Program-made: the position numbers and the translations under genes
Source: Desulfobacterales bacterium
Lineage (GTDB): Bacteria > Desulfobacterota > Desulfobacteria > Desulfobacterales > UBA2174
Direction of reading: 5' to 3'
DNA: 64,000 bases
Assembly: GCA_963668645.2 (NCBI GenBank)
Contig: CAXXWC010000003.1
Span: 256,001 to 320,000, forward strand
Part shown: positions 37,201 to 46,903 of the stretch, in pieces
Layout: each line of letters starts with the position of its first letter
How positions within the stretch are numbered: the first letter of the stretch is position 1
Notes under the pieces: model-generated
Told to the model about the DNA's origin: nothing
Database searches by the model: none
The model's input: the letters and a program-made list of their open reading frames with translations, nothing else

Positions 37201-37782
37201 CAAAGCCTGATTGATCCGCTCCTGCTCGGGAATCCCGTTGTGCTGGACTTCGAGAAAGAAGTTGCCCTCTCCAAAAAGCTGCTGGTAGTAGCGGGCCGCA
37301 CCGTCTGCCAGATCGATGCGCCCGGCCAGGATGTGGCGCGGAATCTCCCCTTGCAGGCAGGCCGACAGGCCGATGAGACCACCGCTGTGTTCTTCCAGCA
37401 GGGCTTTGTCGATGCGCGGTTTGTAATAAAATCCGTCCAGCTGCGCCCGGGTGGCCAACCGGCACAGGTTGCGATACCCCTCCTGGTCGCGGGCCAGCAG
37501 CACCAGGTGGCGCATCTCCTTGCCGTCCATGGGGGTCTTGTCGGTCATTGAGCGGGGTGCCAGGTAGCACTCGCAGCCGATGACCGGCCGGATCCCGGCC
37601 TTGCGGGCCATCTGGTAAAATTCCAGCACCCCGTACATCGTGCCGTGATCGGTAATGGCCACGGCCTCCATGTTGAAGGCCGCCGCCCGTTCGAAAAGCT
37701 TCGCAAGGCGGATGGCCCCGTCAAGCAGGCTGTACTGGGTATGGACATGCAGATGTACGAAAGGGGAGGATTGGGAAGCCAT
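34237..37782 (-). CDS. dnaE: DNA polymerase III alpha subunit
   Basis: FVHLHVHTQYSLLDG PHP domain, GRGSAAGS, MPDIDVDF, KFDFLGL, YGFNKAH; likely start ATG 37782; no intein-sized insertion. Confidence 0.97.
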   Translation of the reverse strand: MASQSSPFVHLHVHTQYSLLDGAIRLAKLFERAAAFNMEAVAITDHGTMYGVLEFYQMARKAGIRPVIGCECYLAPRSMTDKTPMDGKEMRHLVLLARDQEGYRNLCRLATRAQLDGFYYKPRIDKALLEEHSGGLIGLSACLQGEIPRHILAGRIDLADGAARYYQQLFGEGNFFLEVQHNGIPEQERINQALREMSRRLSIPLVATNDCHYLDAGDARAHEVLLCIQTGKTIRDPNRFQFGTDQLYFKSPEEMEAYFGDYPGALANTVDIARRCNVDFQFGDYHFPQFPTPDQKPVDDLFEEKVREGFAHRLEMLKQGQEELDETVYRQRLEYELDTIRTMGFCGYFLIVSDFIRYSRQNGVPVGPGRGSAAGSIVAYSLGITDLDPIAHGLIFERFLNPERISMPDIDVDFCINGREKTFRYVFDHYGGADYVAQIITFGKLKTRAVIRDVGRALDIPLAEVDALAKMVPDKLNISLDEALIQEPKILRQAEENPKIAELIRICRTLEGLPRHASTHAAGVVIGDRPLVEYLPLCRGKKGEVVTQFDMHCVEKIGLVKFDFLGLRNLTVIENTLNLIDSSGGKAPDLSTLRLDDPKTFELLGTGDTTGVFQLESSGMKDLLVRLRPETFADITALVALYRPGPLDSGMVEEFVQRRHGRKPVTYLLPQLESILKETYGVIVYQEQVMNIAAALANYTMADADGLRKAMGKKIAEMMAKHREKFLAGADANGIEPKKAVEIFDLMEKFGRYGFNKAHSAAYALISYQTAFLKAHYPVEFMASLLTSEMHAIDGVVKFIAECRSHGIEVLPPDINRSETVFTVAKGKIHFGLVAVKNVGEGAIEAILEERRANGPFDSLFHFCERVDLRKVNKRVVESLIRCGAFDATGDSRAALLAVLEEALDYGQRVQKKRCDPQMDLFGACEDGGPPLDRPQMPAGVVLDEHEMLVMEKESLGFYISGHPLGRHEGRLDKYTTCDAEGLKETPDGQTVRIGGLVKATKTIRTRKGELMGFVNIEDLNGQMEVVLFPSVYAEASELLVEDAAVLVQGVVQREENGVKILADNLIPMERAEAVWTARVEVNLDLERTESSHLHQLAEVFGRHQGDCPVRLRLSLPGRAEAVVAPSDAFKVRASPRLARAVNGLLGYRALETVCSPVEPAAQRKWGNGNGKNRFKASRGG

Positions 37783-37961
37783 GGTCAAATCACCTTGCAA
37801 TGCTTCCAGGTGGCCGGGATTTGCCTGGGCAGGCATTACGCTGGCGGAATTCAGGCTGCCGCACGGTCCGCATAGCGCTTATCCGAGGAAATCTCCCGGC
37901 CATCTAATGATGTTTAACAGGCAGAAGGGTGATCCGAAAATAAATGCGCCCTGAAAGCGCA

Positions 37962-39425
37962 TTATTCGATGCGGTAGTTGGGGGCCTCCTTGGTGATGAT
38001 CACGTCGTGAACGTGGCTTTCGCGCATTCCGGCGGCGCTGATTTTGCGGAAGCGCGCCTTTTCGCGCAGCTCCTCGACGGTACGGCAGCCCACGTATCCC
38101 ATGCCGGCCTTCAGGCCGCCCACAAGCTGCAGGATCGTCTCGGACACCGGTCCCCGGTACGGCACCCGGCCGACGATCCCCTCGGGGACGAGCTTGTCCG
38201 GGGATTCGTTTTCCCCTTGGTAGTAGCGATCTTTGCTGCCCTGGCGCATGGCCTCCAGGGACCCCATGCCCCGATAGACCTTGTAGGTGCGACCCTGGAA
38301 CAGGATCAACTCCCCCGGACTCTCCTCGGTGCCGGCCAGCAGGCCGCCGATCATCACCACATGGGCCCCGGCGCCGATGGCCTTGGTGACATCGCCGGAA
38401 TACTTGATTCCCCCGTCGGCGATCAGCGGCACCCCGCTCTTGCCGGTAATCGAACGACAGTTCATGATGGCGGTCACCTGGGGGATGCCGACCCCGGCCA
38501 CGATGCGCGTGGTGCAGATCGACCCGGGACCGATGCCGATCTTGACCCCGTCCACGCCAGCGGCGATCAGGTCTTCGGCCCCTTTTGCGGTGGCCACGTT
38601 GCCGGCGATCAGATCCATCTCGGGGAAGGTCGCCTTGAGGGTCTTGACCGCCTCAATGACGTTGCGGGTATGCCCGTGGGAGGTGTCGATGCAGATTACA
38701 TCGGCACCGGCGGCCAGCAGCGCCTCGGCCCGGGGCAGCATTTCCGGCCCCACCCCCACGGCGGCCCCCACGCGCAGGCGCCCGAGGCGGTCTTTGCAGG
38801 CATTGGGGTACTTCTTGATCTTTTCGATATCCTTGATGGTGATCATGCCGGTGAGCCGCCCGGCCTTGTCCACCACCAGAAGCTTCTCGATGCGGTGCTG
38901 GTGCAAGAGGCGCTTGGACTCCTCCAGGCCGATCCCTTCGCCCACCGTAACCAGGTTCTCTTTGGTCATCACTTCGGAAACCGGGCGGTCCAGCTCGATT
39001 TCGAAGCGCAGGTCGCGGTTGGTGACGATGCCCACCAACTGCCCGGCCCTGATCACCGGCACGCCGCTGATGCGATACTGCTCCATCAGGGCCAGGACCT
39101 CGCGGATCGGCCGGTCCGGATCGATGGTCACCGGGTCGATGATCATGCCGCTCTCACTTTTTTTGACCTTGCTGACCTCCAGCACCTGGCTTTCGATATC
39201 CATGTTACGGTGGATAAAACCGAGGCCGCCTTCGCGGGCCATGCTGATGGCGGTGCGCGCTTCGGTCACGGTATCCATGGCCGCACTGACAATGGGAATG
39301 TTCAAGGATATGTTGCGCGTCAGACGCGTACGGGTATCCACCTCCTTGGGCAAGATATCGGAATAGTTGGGGACCAGTAAAACATCGTCGAATGCATAGG
39401 CCTCTTCGGGCGGAATGCTCATCAT
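37962..39425 (-). CDS. guaB: IMP dehydrogenase
   Basis: [20 protein letters not shown] pair, [21 protein letters not shown]; start at 39425 after a GGAGG RBS. Confidence 0.97.
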   Translation of the reverse strand: MMSIPPEEAYAFDDVLLVPNYSDILPKEVDTRTRLTRNISLNIPIVSAAMDTVTEARTAISMAREGGLGFIHRNMDIESQVLEVSKVKKSESGMIIDPVTIDPDRPIREVLALMEQYRISGVPVIRAGQLVGIVTNRDLRFEIELDRPVSEVMTKENLVTVGEGIGLEESKRLLHQHRIEKLLVVDKAGRLTGMITIKDIEKIKKYPNACKDRLGRLRVGAAVGVGPEMLPRAEALLAAGADVICIDTSHGHTRNVIEAVKTLKATFPEMDLIAGNVATAKGAEDLIAAGVDGVKIGIGPGSICTTRIVAGVGIPQVTAIMNCRSITGKSGVPLIADGGIKYSGDVTKAIGAGAHVVMIGGLLAGTEESPGELILFQGRTYKVYRGMGSLEAMRQGSKDRYYQGENESPDKLVPEGIVGRVPYRGPVSETILQLVGGLKAGMGYVGCRTVEELREKARFRKISAAGMRESHVHDVIITKEAPNYRIE

Positions 39426-39774
39426 GTAAAATTCCTCCACAAGATTGTCGAACAAAGATCCGTTTTCGGGTGCGGGCAGGCTCGAGGCCGCCGGCGGTTG
39501 ACTTCGCATAGCAGATGCCCACCGCTATGGCAACCTCAAGCCCGACCGTTCTTGGCGGGCCCGGACCATGGAAATCGTGCACCATATCGTTTTACGGCGG
39601 TATAGACAGCAATTCCCGGCAAATCCGAAATGCACGGCATCTTGGGTTCACCGGGAATTGCTGCGGTATACGGGCCGCGCTTGTCAGCCGCAGATGAATG
39701 GGCTATAAGGACCCTTCTTGCCCCGGTTGCCATCGAGGATGGGGCCGTCCATATGATCCGAGTCCGTAAAACCG

Positions 39775-40380
39775 ATGCTCATCGAAATCAATCCCGATAA
39801 TCCGCCCGAGCGGCTGATATCCCAGGCGGTGGAGGTGCTGCGCCGCGGGGGGATCATCGCCTATCCCACCGATACCCAGTACGGGATCGGATGCGACATC
39901 ATGAACAAGCGGGCCATCGAAAAAATCTACCTGCTGCGCCAGCGCGACAAGAAAAAGCCGTTCAGCTTTATCTGCTCTGACTTAAAACATATCAGCAACT
40001 GGGCCAAGGTATCCAACTACGCTTACAAAACGATGCGCCGCCTCCTGCCCGGTCCGTATACGTTCATCCTGGAAGGCTCCAAGCTGGTGCCCAAAATCAT
40101 GCTGACCAAGCGCCGCACCGCCGGTATCCGGGTCCCGGACAACGACATCTGCCTTGCCCTGGTCCGGACCTTGGGCAACCCGATCATCTCCACCAGCGCC
40201 AAAGCCCCCGAAGGGGAGCTGTTCGACGACCCTTCCCTGATTCACGACTTTTTCGCCAGCCGCCTGGATTTGGTCATCGACGGGGGCCGGGCTCCAGGCC
40301 AACCCTCCAGCGTCATCTCCCTGATCGACGATGAACCGGTGGTCTTGCGTGAGGGGCTCGGCGATGTGAGCAGCCTGTAA
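39775..40380 (+). CDS. Sua5/YciO/YrdC family (threonylcarbamoyl-AMP synthase-like) protein
   Basis: IAYPTDTQYGIGC, LLPGPYTFIL, GIRVP and ISTSA motifs. Confidence 0.9.
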   Translation: MLIEINPDNPPERLISQAVEVLRRGGIIAYPTDTQYGIGCDIMNKRAIEKIYLLRQRDKKKPFSFICSDLKHISNWAKVSNYAYKTMRRLLPGPYTFILEGSKLVPKIMLTKRRTAGIRVPDNDICLALVRTLGNPIISTSAKAPEGELFDDPSLIHDFFASRLDLVIDGGRAPGQPSSVISLIDDEPVVLREGLGDVSSL

Positions 40381-40460
40381 GGGGCCTTTTGGTCTTTGGT
40401 AGGCCCTCATCGCCGGCCTTCGATTGCGCTCCTTTGCGATCCGGTGGGGCATGCCGAAGT

Positions 40461-41357
40461 TTAATACGCCTGGGGCACCAGCGCCGCCGGCCGTCCCTGG
40501 ACGAGCACTTGCAGCATGTTCCCGAGCCGGGTCTCCATCAGGGACTCCACCCACGAAAAACGTTCCGGACGCGCGTAGACCGCCTCTGGCGGCCCTTCGA
40601 TGCCGCCGAGTTCCCCGGCCCAGGCGATGGCATCTTCGAGGTTTCCCAATCGATCGACCAGCCCCAGCGCCTTGGCCTCCTCGCCGGTGTAAATCCGCCC
40701 GTCGGCCAGGCCCGCCACGCGTTGCAGGTCCATCTCGCGCCCCTGGGCCACGTCGCGGATAAACTGCCGGTGGATCCCGTCGCTGAGCCGCTGCAAGACT
40801 TCCCGTTCCCCAGGGCGCATCTCGCGCACCGGTGAGCCGAGATCCTTGAAATCCCCGCTCTTGATCACCACCGGGGTCAAACCGATCTTTCCCAGCAGTT
40901 CACTGAAGTTGGCAAACCCCATGATCACGCCGATACTGCCGGTGATGGTACCCGGGTTGGCCACGATACCATCTGCCGCCGCAGCGGCGTAGTACCCTCC
41001 CGAGGCGGCAACCGCACCCAAGGAGGCCACCACCTTTTTCGCCGCGCTGGTCTTGCGCACCGCGCGGAAAATCTCCTGGGAGGGCGCCACCACACCTCCT
41101 GGTGAGTCGATGCGCAACACGATGGCCCGGATGGCGTCATCCTGGCGCATCTTCTTGAGGTCCTCCAGGATCGGCCCGGCATCGGAGATCATTCCGGAAA
41201 CCTCCACGATTCCTACCTTGGGGCCGTCGAACCTGGCCGGATTCAGGCCACGCCCCAGGGTGAAGGCCACCAGCAGACCGGTTACCGTGACCGTCACGGC
41301 ACCGATAGCGGCCAACACCAACATGAAAAACAGATACGGATGACGGCGTGCAAACAT
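40461..41357 (-). CDS. sppA: Signal peptide peptidase SppA (short 36K type)
   Basis: N-terminal TM helix, LRIDSPGG, AASGGYY, TGSIGV, DGRIYTG. Confidence 0.93.
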   Translation of the reverse strand: MFARRHPYLFFMLVLAAIGAVTVTVTGLLVAFTLGRGLNPARFDGPKVGIVEVSGMISDAGPILEDLKKMRQDDAIRAIVLRIDSPGGVVAPSQEIFRAVRKTSAAKKVVASLGAVAASGGYYAAAAADGIVANPGTITGSIGVIMGFANFSELLGKIGLTPVVIKSGDFKDLGSPVREMRPGEREVLQRLSDGIHRQFIRDVAQGREMDLQRVAGLADGRIYTGEEAKALGLVDRLGNLEDAIAWAGELGGIEGPPEAVYARPERFSWVESLMETRLGNMLQVLVQGRPAALVPQAY

Positions 41358-41387
41358 GGCAACCTCCCTAGGCAGTCCGCTCCAGAC

Positions 41388-41426
41388 ACGACGACCGATG
41401 CGGCTCTGGGCCGCACCGGTCGTCGT
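41388..41426 (-). other. 17-bp intergenic hairpin between rpsA and sppA (mRNA stabiliser or partial terminator)
   Basis: ACGACGACCGATGCGGC-TCTGG-GCCGCACCGGTCGTCGT; the single mismatch is G-U on the minus strand; no U-tract. Confidence 0.5.
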
Positions 41427-41469
41427 TACGATCGGATCGATGATCGAAGGAAAAAAGTGTCAGGCGTGA

Positions 41470-43332
41470 TCAGTCGTCCCGGTTCCCGTTCTGGCTGTTG
41501 CCGAGCTTCTCTTGCAGGTTTTCACGCAGCAGTTCGCCGAAGGTGGAAGTGGCCGGTTTCATGCTGCTGACGTATTCACTGAGCAACGCCTGATCATCTT
41601 CCATGTCGAGGCGCTTGATCGACAGACCGATCCGGCGCTCATCGCTGTTGATGTTCATCACCCGGGCGGTGATGACATCCCCGATATTGAACATCCCCAC
41701 CGGGGTCTTTATCTTTTCCTTGCTGATTTCCGAGACGTGAACCAGCCCTTCGATCCCCTCTTCCAGTTCGATGAAGACACCGAAGTCCGTCAGGTTGGTC
41801 ACCGTACCGGTGATCTCCTTGCCCACGTCGTAGCGCTGGTTGACCGTTTCCCACGGATCGGACTGAAGCTGCTTGATGCCCAGCGAAAAGCGCTCGGCCT
41901 TCTTGTCGATATCGAGCACCACGGCCTGCACCAGGTCGCCCTTCTTGTAAATCTCGCTCGGGTGCTTGATCCGTTTGGTCCAGGAAAGATCGCTGATGTG
42001 CACCAGGCCGTCGATCCCCTCATCGATGCCGATGAACAGACCGAAGTCGGTAATGTTCTTGATGCGGCCCTCGATGGTGGTGCCCACCGGGTATTTCTCG
42101 TTGATCACATCCCAGGGATTGGGCCGGGCCTGCTTCATGCCCAGGGAGATACGCCGCGCGTCGGGTTTGATGTCCAGCACCACCGCATCGACCTCATCGC
42201 CCACCGCCACGACTTTGGACGGGTGCCGGATCTTACGAGTCCAGCTCATCTCCGAAACGTGGATCAACCCCTCGATGCCTTCTTCCAGCTCCACGAAGGC
42301 CCCGTAATCGGTCAGGCTCACCACGCGGCCCGTGACCCGCGAGCCGACCGGGTATTTGTCCACTGCGGTGGTCCACGGATCGGCGGTCAATTGCTTCATC
42401 CCCAGCGAAACGCGCTCCTTCTCCAGGTCGAGGCTCAAAATCTTGACCTGAATCTCGTCGCCGATGGCGAAAAGATCCGACGGATGCTTGACTCGGCCCC
42501 AGGAGATGTCGGTGATATGCAGCAGGCCGTCGACACCGCCAAGATCCACGAAGACCCCGTATTCGGTGATGTTCTTGACCACGCCGTCCACCACTTTCCC
42601 CTCTTCGATGGAAGACAGGGTGGCGGTGCGTTTGGCCTCGCGCTCGGCTTCAAGTATCACGCGCCGCGACAGCACGATATTGCTGCGCTTGCGATTGTAC
42701 TTGAGAATCTTGAATTCAAATGTCTTGCCCACCATCTCATCCAGATTGCGGATGGGGCGCAAGTCTGCCTGACTGCCGGGCAGAAAAGCCTGGACACCGA
42801 TGTCAACTGAAAACCCACCTTTGACCCTCGATGTGATGGTCCCCTCGATGGTCGAGCCGTTGTCGTAGGCCTCCTTGATTTCCTCCCAGACCTTGACCTT
42901 TTCGGCCTTCTCCTTAGAGAGGACTACGACCTCGTTCTCGTCGTCCCACCATTCGACCATGACCTCGACCGAATCGCCGACCTCGGCCTGCAGTTCTCCG
43001 TTCTCGTCCCTGAACTCGTTGATCCGGATCTGCCCCTCGCTCTTGTAGCCGATGTCGACCAGGACGTGGTCCTTATCGACGGAGATGATCCGCCCGTTGA
43101 CGACTTCGCCCTCGGCGAAACGCTTGAAGCTCTCCTCATACATCTCCATGAGGTTCTCCATGGTTTCGCCACCGACGGCAGATTCGTCTACCTCCGGTGT
43201 TTCGCCACCGGCGGCAGATTCGTCTACCTCCGGTGTTTCGCCATCGGCAACAGCTTCGCTCGCCTCCGGCATCACCTCCAGGTCCTGGGCTTCTTCGGTG
43301 GTTGTGGCATCGATTTTGTTATTGTTTTCCAT
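41470..43332 (-). CDS. rpsA: 30S ribosomal protein S1
   Basis: Six S1 domains (DIGYKSEG, AFLPGSQ, DGLLHITDISW, EGLIHVSEMSW, DGLVHISDLSW, EGLVHVSEI); likely start ATG 43332 after GAGGGGGAG. Confidence 0.97.
   Translation of the reverse strand: MENNNKIDATTTEEAQDLEVMPEASEAVADGETPEVDESAAGGETPEVDESAVGGETMENLMEMYEESFKRFAEGEVVNGRIISVDKDHVLVDIGYKSEGQIRINEFRDENGELQAEVGDSVEVMVEWWDDENEVVVLSKEKAEKVKVWEEIKEAYDNGSTIEGTITSRVKGGFSVDIGVQAFLPGSQADLRPIRNLDEMVGKTFEFKILKYNRKRSNIVLSRRVILEAEREAKRTATLSSIEEGKVVDGVVKNITEYGVFVDLGGVDGLLHITDISWGRVKHPSDLFAIGDEIQVKILSLDLEKERVSLGMKQLTADPWTTAVDKYPVGSRVTGRVVSLTDYGAFVELEEGIEGLIHVSEMSWTRKIRHPSKVVAVGDEVDAVVLDIKPDARRISLGMKQARPNPWDVINEKYPVGTTIEGRIKNITDFGLFIGIDEGIDGLVHISDLSWTKRIKHPSEIYKKGDLVQAVVLDIDKKAERFSLGIKQLQSDPWETVNQRYDVGKEITGTVTNLTDFGVFIELEEGIEGLVHVSEISKEKIKTPVGMFNIGDVITARVMNINSDERRIGLSIKRLDMEDDQALLSEYVSSMKPATSTFGELLRENLQEKLGNSQNGNRDD
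43163..43248. repeat. 36-nt tandem direct repeat (about 2.4 copies) in the rpsA 5' coding region
   Basis: GTTTCGCCACCGACGGCAGATTCGTCTACCTCCGGT (43163-43198) and a copy with one mismatch (43199-43234), then a partial copy; encodes GETPEVDESAAG/GETPEVDESAVG. Confidence 0.9.
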
Positions 43333-43456
43333 TAAATGCAGCTCCCCCTCGGCCTTAAAATTCGCGGGGACCGACCTGCGGCCCCCGAGTACAACGGCAG
43401 TCCATACCAAAGACTGAGTTAAAAGACAACAAAGAAAATGGCGCCTATACCCCGCC

Positions 43457-44155
43457 TTAAGGCGAAGCGGTTTGCAGCGGGCCGCCGGCACGGGCCGCGA
43501 TGTAGGAAAGCATGACCGTAACGACGCCTTGCGGGCTCAGGGCGGTGGCATCGATGGACAGCGCATCGGGCGCCGGCCTTAGCGGCGCCAGGTCCCGCTG
43601 TGAATCGTTGCGGTCGCGCCTTTCGATCTCGGCAGCCACTGTCTCCAGCGAAGGCCGGTCCCCAGGATTCATTTCCGCATACCGCCGCCGTGCCCGTTCA
43701 CTCAGGCTGGCATCCAGGAAAAACTTGATCTCCGCTTCGGGAAAAACCACCGTGCCCATATCTCGTCCCTCGAACACAGCCCGCTTTTGGGCCCCCAGGC
43801 GGTGCTGCAGATCCAGTAAAAAATGCCTCACCGGGGCGCGTGCCGACGCGGCCGAGGCCATGGCGGTAACCTCCCGGGTGCGAATCCGATCGGTAATATC
43901 CGCTCCATCGAGAAGCAGGCGGCTGCCTTGCTCCCCGGCGACCAATTCCAGCCTCAAGCGGCGGCAAAGAGAGGCCAACGCCTCGTCGTCGTCAGCCGCC
44001 ACTCCCGTCTCAAGGGCCGCAAGGGCGACGGCCCGGTACAGGGCACCGGTGTCCACGTAACGGTATCCGAGGCGTTGGGCCAGGATCCGGCTCACGGTGG
44101 TCTTGCCGGCTCCGGCCGGGCCGTCTATGGTCACGAGCAGGGCAGAAGATGTCAT
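43457..44155 (-). CDS. cmk: Cytidylate kinase
   Basis: TIDGPAGAGKTT, DTGALYR, EGRDMGTVVFP, RDRNDSQR..APL. Confidence 0.95.
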   Translation of the reverse strand: MTSSALLVTIDGPAGAGKTTVSRILAQRLGYRYVDTGALYRAVALAALETGVAADDDEALASLCRRLRLELVAGEQGSRLLLDGADITDRIRTREVTAMASAASARAPVRHFLLDLQHRLGAQKRAVFEGRDMGTVVFPEAEIKFFLDASLSERARRRYAEMNPGDRPSLETVAAEIERRDRNDSQRDLAPLRPAPDALSIDATALSPQGVVTVMLSYIAARAGGPLQTASP

Positions 44156-44188
44156 GGTCAACGAAAAGTCATTCTTATCTTTTCGGAT

Positions 44189-44728
44189 TCAGGCCTCGGC
44201 GGCCATGCGGCCCTTTTCCAGGGCTTCCTGGTTGATCTGCTGGACCTTTTTGGGCTTGGCGGCGAATTCTTCCTCGACACAGCGCCGCAGCAGGGCGAAG
44301 TCGACGATCTTGCTGCGGGCCGTAAAGGCTCCCAACGCCACGATATTGGCCGCACGCAGGCTGCCGGCGGCAATGGCCAGTTCGTTGACCGGCACGGCCA
44401 GTTCATCCACGTCGCTGCGCTGCGAACCGATGGGTACCAGCGACTGGTTGATCAGGATCACCCCTCCGGGCCGGATCGTGGCGGCGAACTTTTCCAACGA
44501 AGGCCGGTTCATCGCGATCAGATGCCCGGGATTCTTGATGATGGGCGAGCCGATGGGCCGATCGCTGATCACTACGGTACAGTAAGCCGTACCGCCGCGC
44601 ATCTCCGGTCCGTAAGAAGGGATCCAGACCACCTCGTAGCCGGCTTCCAGGGCGGCGTGGGCCAGGATCTTGGCGCTGAGCAGGATCCCCTGACCGCCGA
44701 AGCCGGCAAACTTCACTTCGCTTTGCAT
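44189..44728 (-). CDS. 2-oxoacid:acceptor oxidoreductase gamma subunit
   Basis: AGFGGQGIL, PSYGPEMRGGTA, NIVALGA. Confidence 0.92.
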   Translation of the reverse strand: MQSEVKFAGFGGQGILLSAKILAHAALEAGYEVVWIPSYGPEMRGGTAYCTVVISDRPIGSPIIKNPGHLIAMNRPSLEKFAATIRPGGVILINQSLVPIGSQRSDVDELAVPVNELAIAAGSLRAANIVALGAFTARSKIVDFALLRRCVEEEFAAKPKKVQQINQEALEKGRMAAEA

Positions 44729-44765
44729 AAAAACTCCCTTATGGTCCGTATCGGACCGGCCGTAA

Positions 44766-45506
44766 TCAATCCTCAGGGGTTTTCAGATCCCCAAGCGGGT
44801 AGTAGGGGATCATGGTATCCCGAACCCAGCCGACCGCTTCAACAGGGGTTTTGCCCCAATTGGTCGGACAGGTGCTCAATACCTCCACCAGCGAAAAGCA
44901 GCGTCCGGCGACCTGGTATTCGAAGGCGCGCTGGATCGCCTGCTTGGCTTTGCGGATACTCTTGGGGTCGATCACCGTCTGGCGGGTGATGTAGGCCGGA
45001 GTCTGAAGCGCCGCCAGCAGTTCGGCCACCCTGATCGGCATCCCGACCTCATCCACGTTGCGCCCTGCCGGCGAAGTGGTGGTCCGCTGGCCCGGCATGG
45101 TGGTGGGGGCCATCTGCCCCCCGGTCATGCCGTAAACGGCGTTGTTGACGAAAATGGTGGTGATTTTTTCCCCGCGGTTGGCTGCGTGAACGATTTCGCC
45201 CATGCCGATGCTCGCCAGGTCGCCGTCACCCTGATAGGTAAAGACCACCAGGTCGGGCCGCACCCGCTTGATGCCGGTGGCCATGGCCGGGGCCCGTCCG
45301 TGGGCCGCCTCCTGGAAGTCGCAATTGAAGTAGTTGTAGGCCATAACGGCGCAGCCCACCGGGGCGATGCCCACGGTGCGTTCCATGATGCCCAGCTCGT
45401 CGATCGCCTCTGCCACCAGACGGTGGATGACGCCATGAGTGCACCCGGGGCAGTAGTGGGTGTACTGGTCTGTAAGGGATCTCGGTTTGGTGAATGTCTT
45501 GGCCAT
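44766..45506 (-). CDS. 2-oxoacid:ferredoxin oxidoreductase beta (TPP-binding) subunit, Vor type
   Basis: HYCPGCTHG, AHGRAPA, YQGDGDLASIG, NNAVYGMTGGQMAPTT, STCPTNW. Confidence 0.92.
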   Translation of the reverse strand: MAKTFTKPRSLTDQYTHYCPGCTHGVIHRLVAEAIDELGIMERTVGIAPVGCAVMAYNYFNCDFQEAAHGRAPAMATGIKRVRPDLVVFTYQGDGDLASIGMGEIVHAANRGEKITTIFVNNAVYGMTGGQMAPTTMPGQRTTTSPAGRNVDEVGMPIRVAELLAALQTPAYITRQTVIDPKSIRKAKQAIQRAFEYQVAGRCFSLVEVLSTCPTNWGKTPVEAVGWVRDTMIPYYPLGDLKTPED

Positions 45507-45513
45507 AGGTTGT

Positions 45514-46623
45514 TCACTCCTTGCCGCAGGTGCAGCCGGGCGTCCGGCAGCCGCCGGTGTCCAGGTCGCGGATCACGTCCATGATCTCTTCCGGGGTGGG
45601 CACGTCACCGCCGCATTTGCCGTACCAGTGGACCGGACGGATCCCGCGCACCGCCCGTTCGACGTCCTCGACCATCTGGCCCATGCTCATCTCGATGCTG
45701 ATCACCGCCTGGCACGACGGCCGAGCTGCCGCTTCGCGCACGGCCAGTTCGGGAAAGGGGAAGAGGGTCTGGGGCCGCAGCAGGCCGACCTCGAGCCCTT
45801 CGGCCTTGAGGTTGTCCACCACAGTGCGGCAAACCCGGCTCATCGTTCCGTAGCTGACGATCAGAAACCGGTAGTCGCCGTCAAGGTTGTACGCCTCGTA
45901 GCGCACCTCCTCGCGTTTCATTTGATCGTACTTGGCCTTGAGCAGCAGGTTCTGATCGTTGAGCGCCTCCGGATCGAGAAAGAGGCTCTTGACCAGGTTG
46001 CGGGTGGCGCTGCCGCGGGTGCTCATCCCGCTGGAGGCCCAAGCGCTCTTGTCGCTCGGTTCGCTGCGCAGGTGGTCCGGAAACTCCACCGGCTCCATCA
46101 TCTGCCCGATCAGCCCATCGCCCAGGATCATCACCGGATTGCGGTACTTTTCGGCCAGCGGGAAGGCCCTCATGACCATTTCGGCCGTCTCCTGGACGCT
46201 GGCCGGGGCCATCACCAGAAGGCGGTAGTCCCCGTGGCCCCCGCCCTTGGTGGCCTGGAAGTAGTCTCCCTGGCTGGGCAGAATCCCGCCCAGACCGGGG
46301 CCGCCGCGAATGATGTTGACAAAGACCACCGGCAGCTGGGCTGCGGCAATATAACTGATGGCCTCACTCATCAGACTGATGCCCGGGCTGGATGAGGTGG
46401 TAAAAACCCGCTCGCCCGCCCCAGCGGCACCGAAGAGCATGTAGCCGACGGCCACCTCGCTCTCTCCTTGCAGGAAAACCCCGCCGGCCTCGGGCATGCG
46501 CCAGGAGAGGTACTCGGCCACCTCGCTCTGGGGGGTGATCGGATAAGCGAAATAATTGAGGCAGCCGGCGCGGATGGCGGCTTCGCCGATGGCCTCGTTG
46601 CCTTTCATGAGAATCTTACCCAT
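45514..46623 (-). CDS. vorB: 3-methyl-2-oxobutanoate dehydrogenase (2-ketoisovalerate:ferredoxin oxidoreductase) alpha-type subunit
   Basis: MKGNEAIGEAA, YPITPQSE, ESEVA, TSSSPGISL, RGGPGLG, KGGGHGDY; start ATG 46623. Confidence 0.85.
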   Translation of the reverse strand: MGKILMKGNEAIGEAAIRAGCLNYFAYPITPQSEVAEYLSWRMPEAGGVFLQGESEVAVGYMLFGAAGAGERVFTTSSSPGISLMSEAISYIAAAQLPVVFVNIIRGGPGLGGILPSQGDYFQATKGGGHGDYRLLVMAPASVQETAEMVMRAFPLAEKYRNPVMILGDGLIGQMMEPVEFPDHLRSEPSDKSAWASSGMSTRGSATRNLVKSLFLDPEALNDQNLLLKAKYDQMKREEVRYEAYNLDGDYRFLIVSYGTMSRVCRTVVDNLKAEGLEVGLLRPQTLFPFPELAVREAAARPSCQAVISIEMSMGQMVEDVERAVRGIRPVHWYGKCGGDVPTPEEIMDVIRDLDTGGCRTPGCTCGKE

Positions 46624-46637
46624 GGTCTTGCCTCCGC

Positions 46638-46871
46638 TCAACACGCCCCGCTCGGGACGTCTTCGCATTCGGTGATGGTAATCGCCACGTCCGGGCACAT
46701 GGTGCAGCACAGGGCACACTTGACACAGTCCTCGGGCCGGGCCTGATAGGCGGGAAAATATCCCCTGGTATTGACGGTTTCTGAGATTTCGAGCACGTGC
46801 TTGGGGCACACGGCCACGCACAGGCCGCAGCCCTTGCAGCGCTCGGCATCGATCTTGTGTTGATGGGCCAT
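46638..46871 (-). CDS. 2x[4Fe-4S] ferredoxin delta subunit of the oxidoreductase
   Basis: [12 protein letters not shown] and [12 protein letters not shown]; start ATG 46871 after AAGGAG. Confidence 0.92.
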   Translation of the reverse strand: MAHQHKIDAERCKGCGLCVAVCPKHVLEISETVNTRGYFPAYQARPEDCVKCALCCTMCPDVAITITECEDVPSGAC

Positions 46872-46903
46872 CGGGGTTGACTCCTTGTCTCGACTTGGAC
46901 CCG

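Noticed and set aside
35197..39380. 784-aa and 478-aa plus-strand ORFs
   Set aside because: Antisense shadows of dnaE and guaB.
43163..43248. 36-nt repeats as a CRISPR array
   Set aside because: Units are directly adjacent with no spacers, lie in frame within rpsA, and no cas genes are present.
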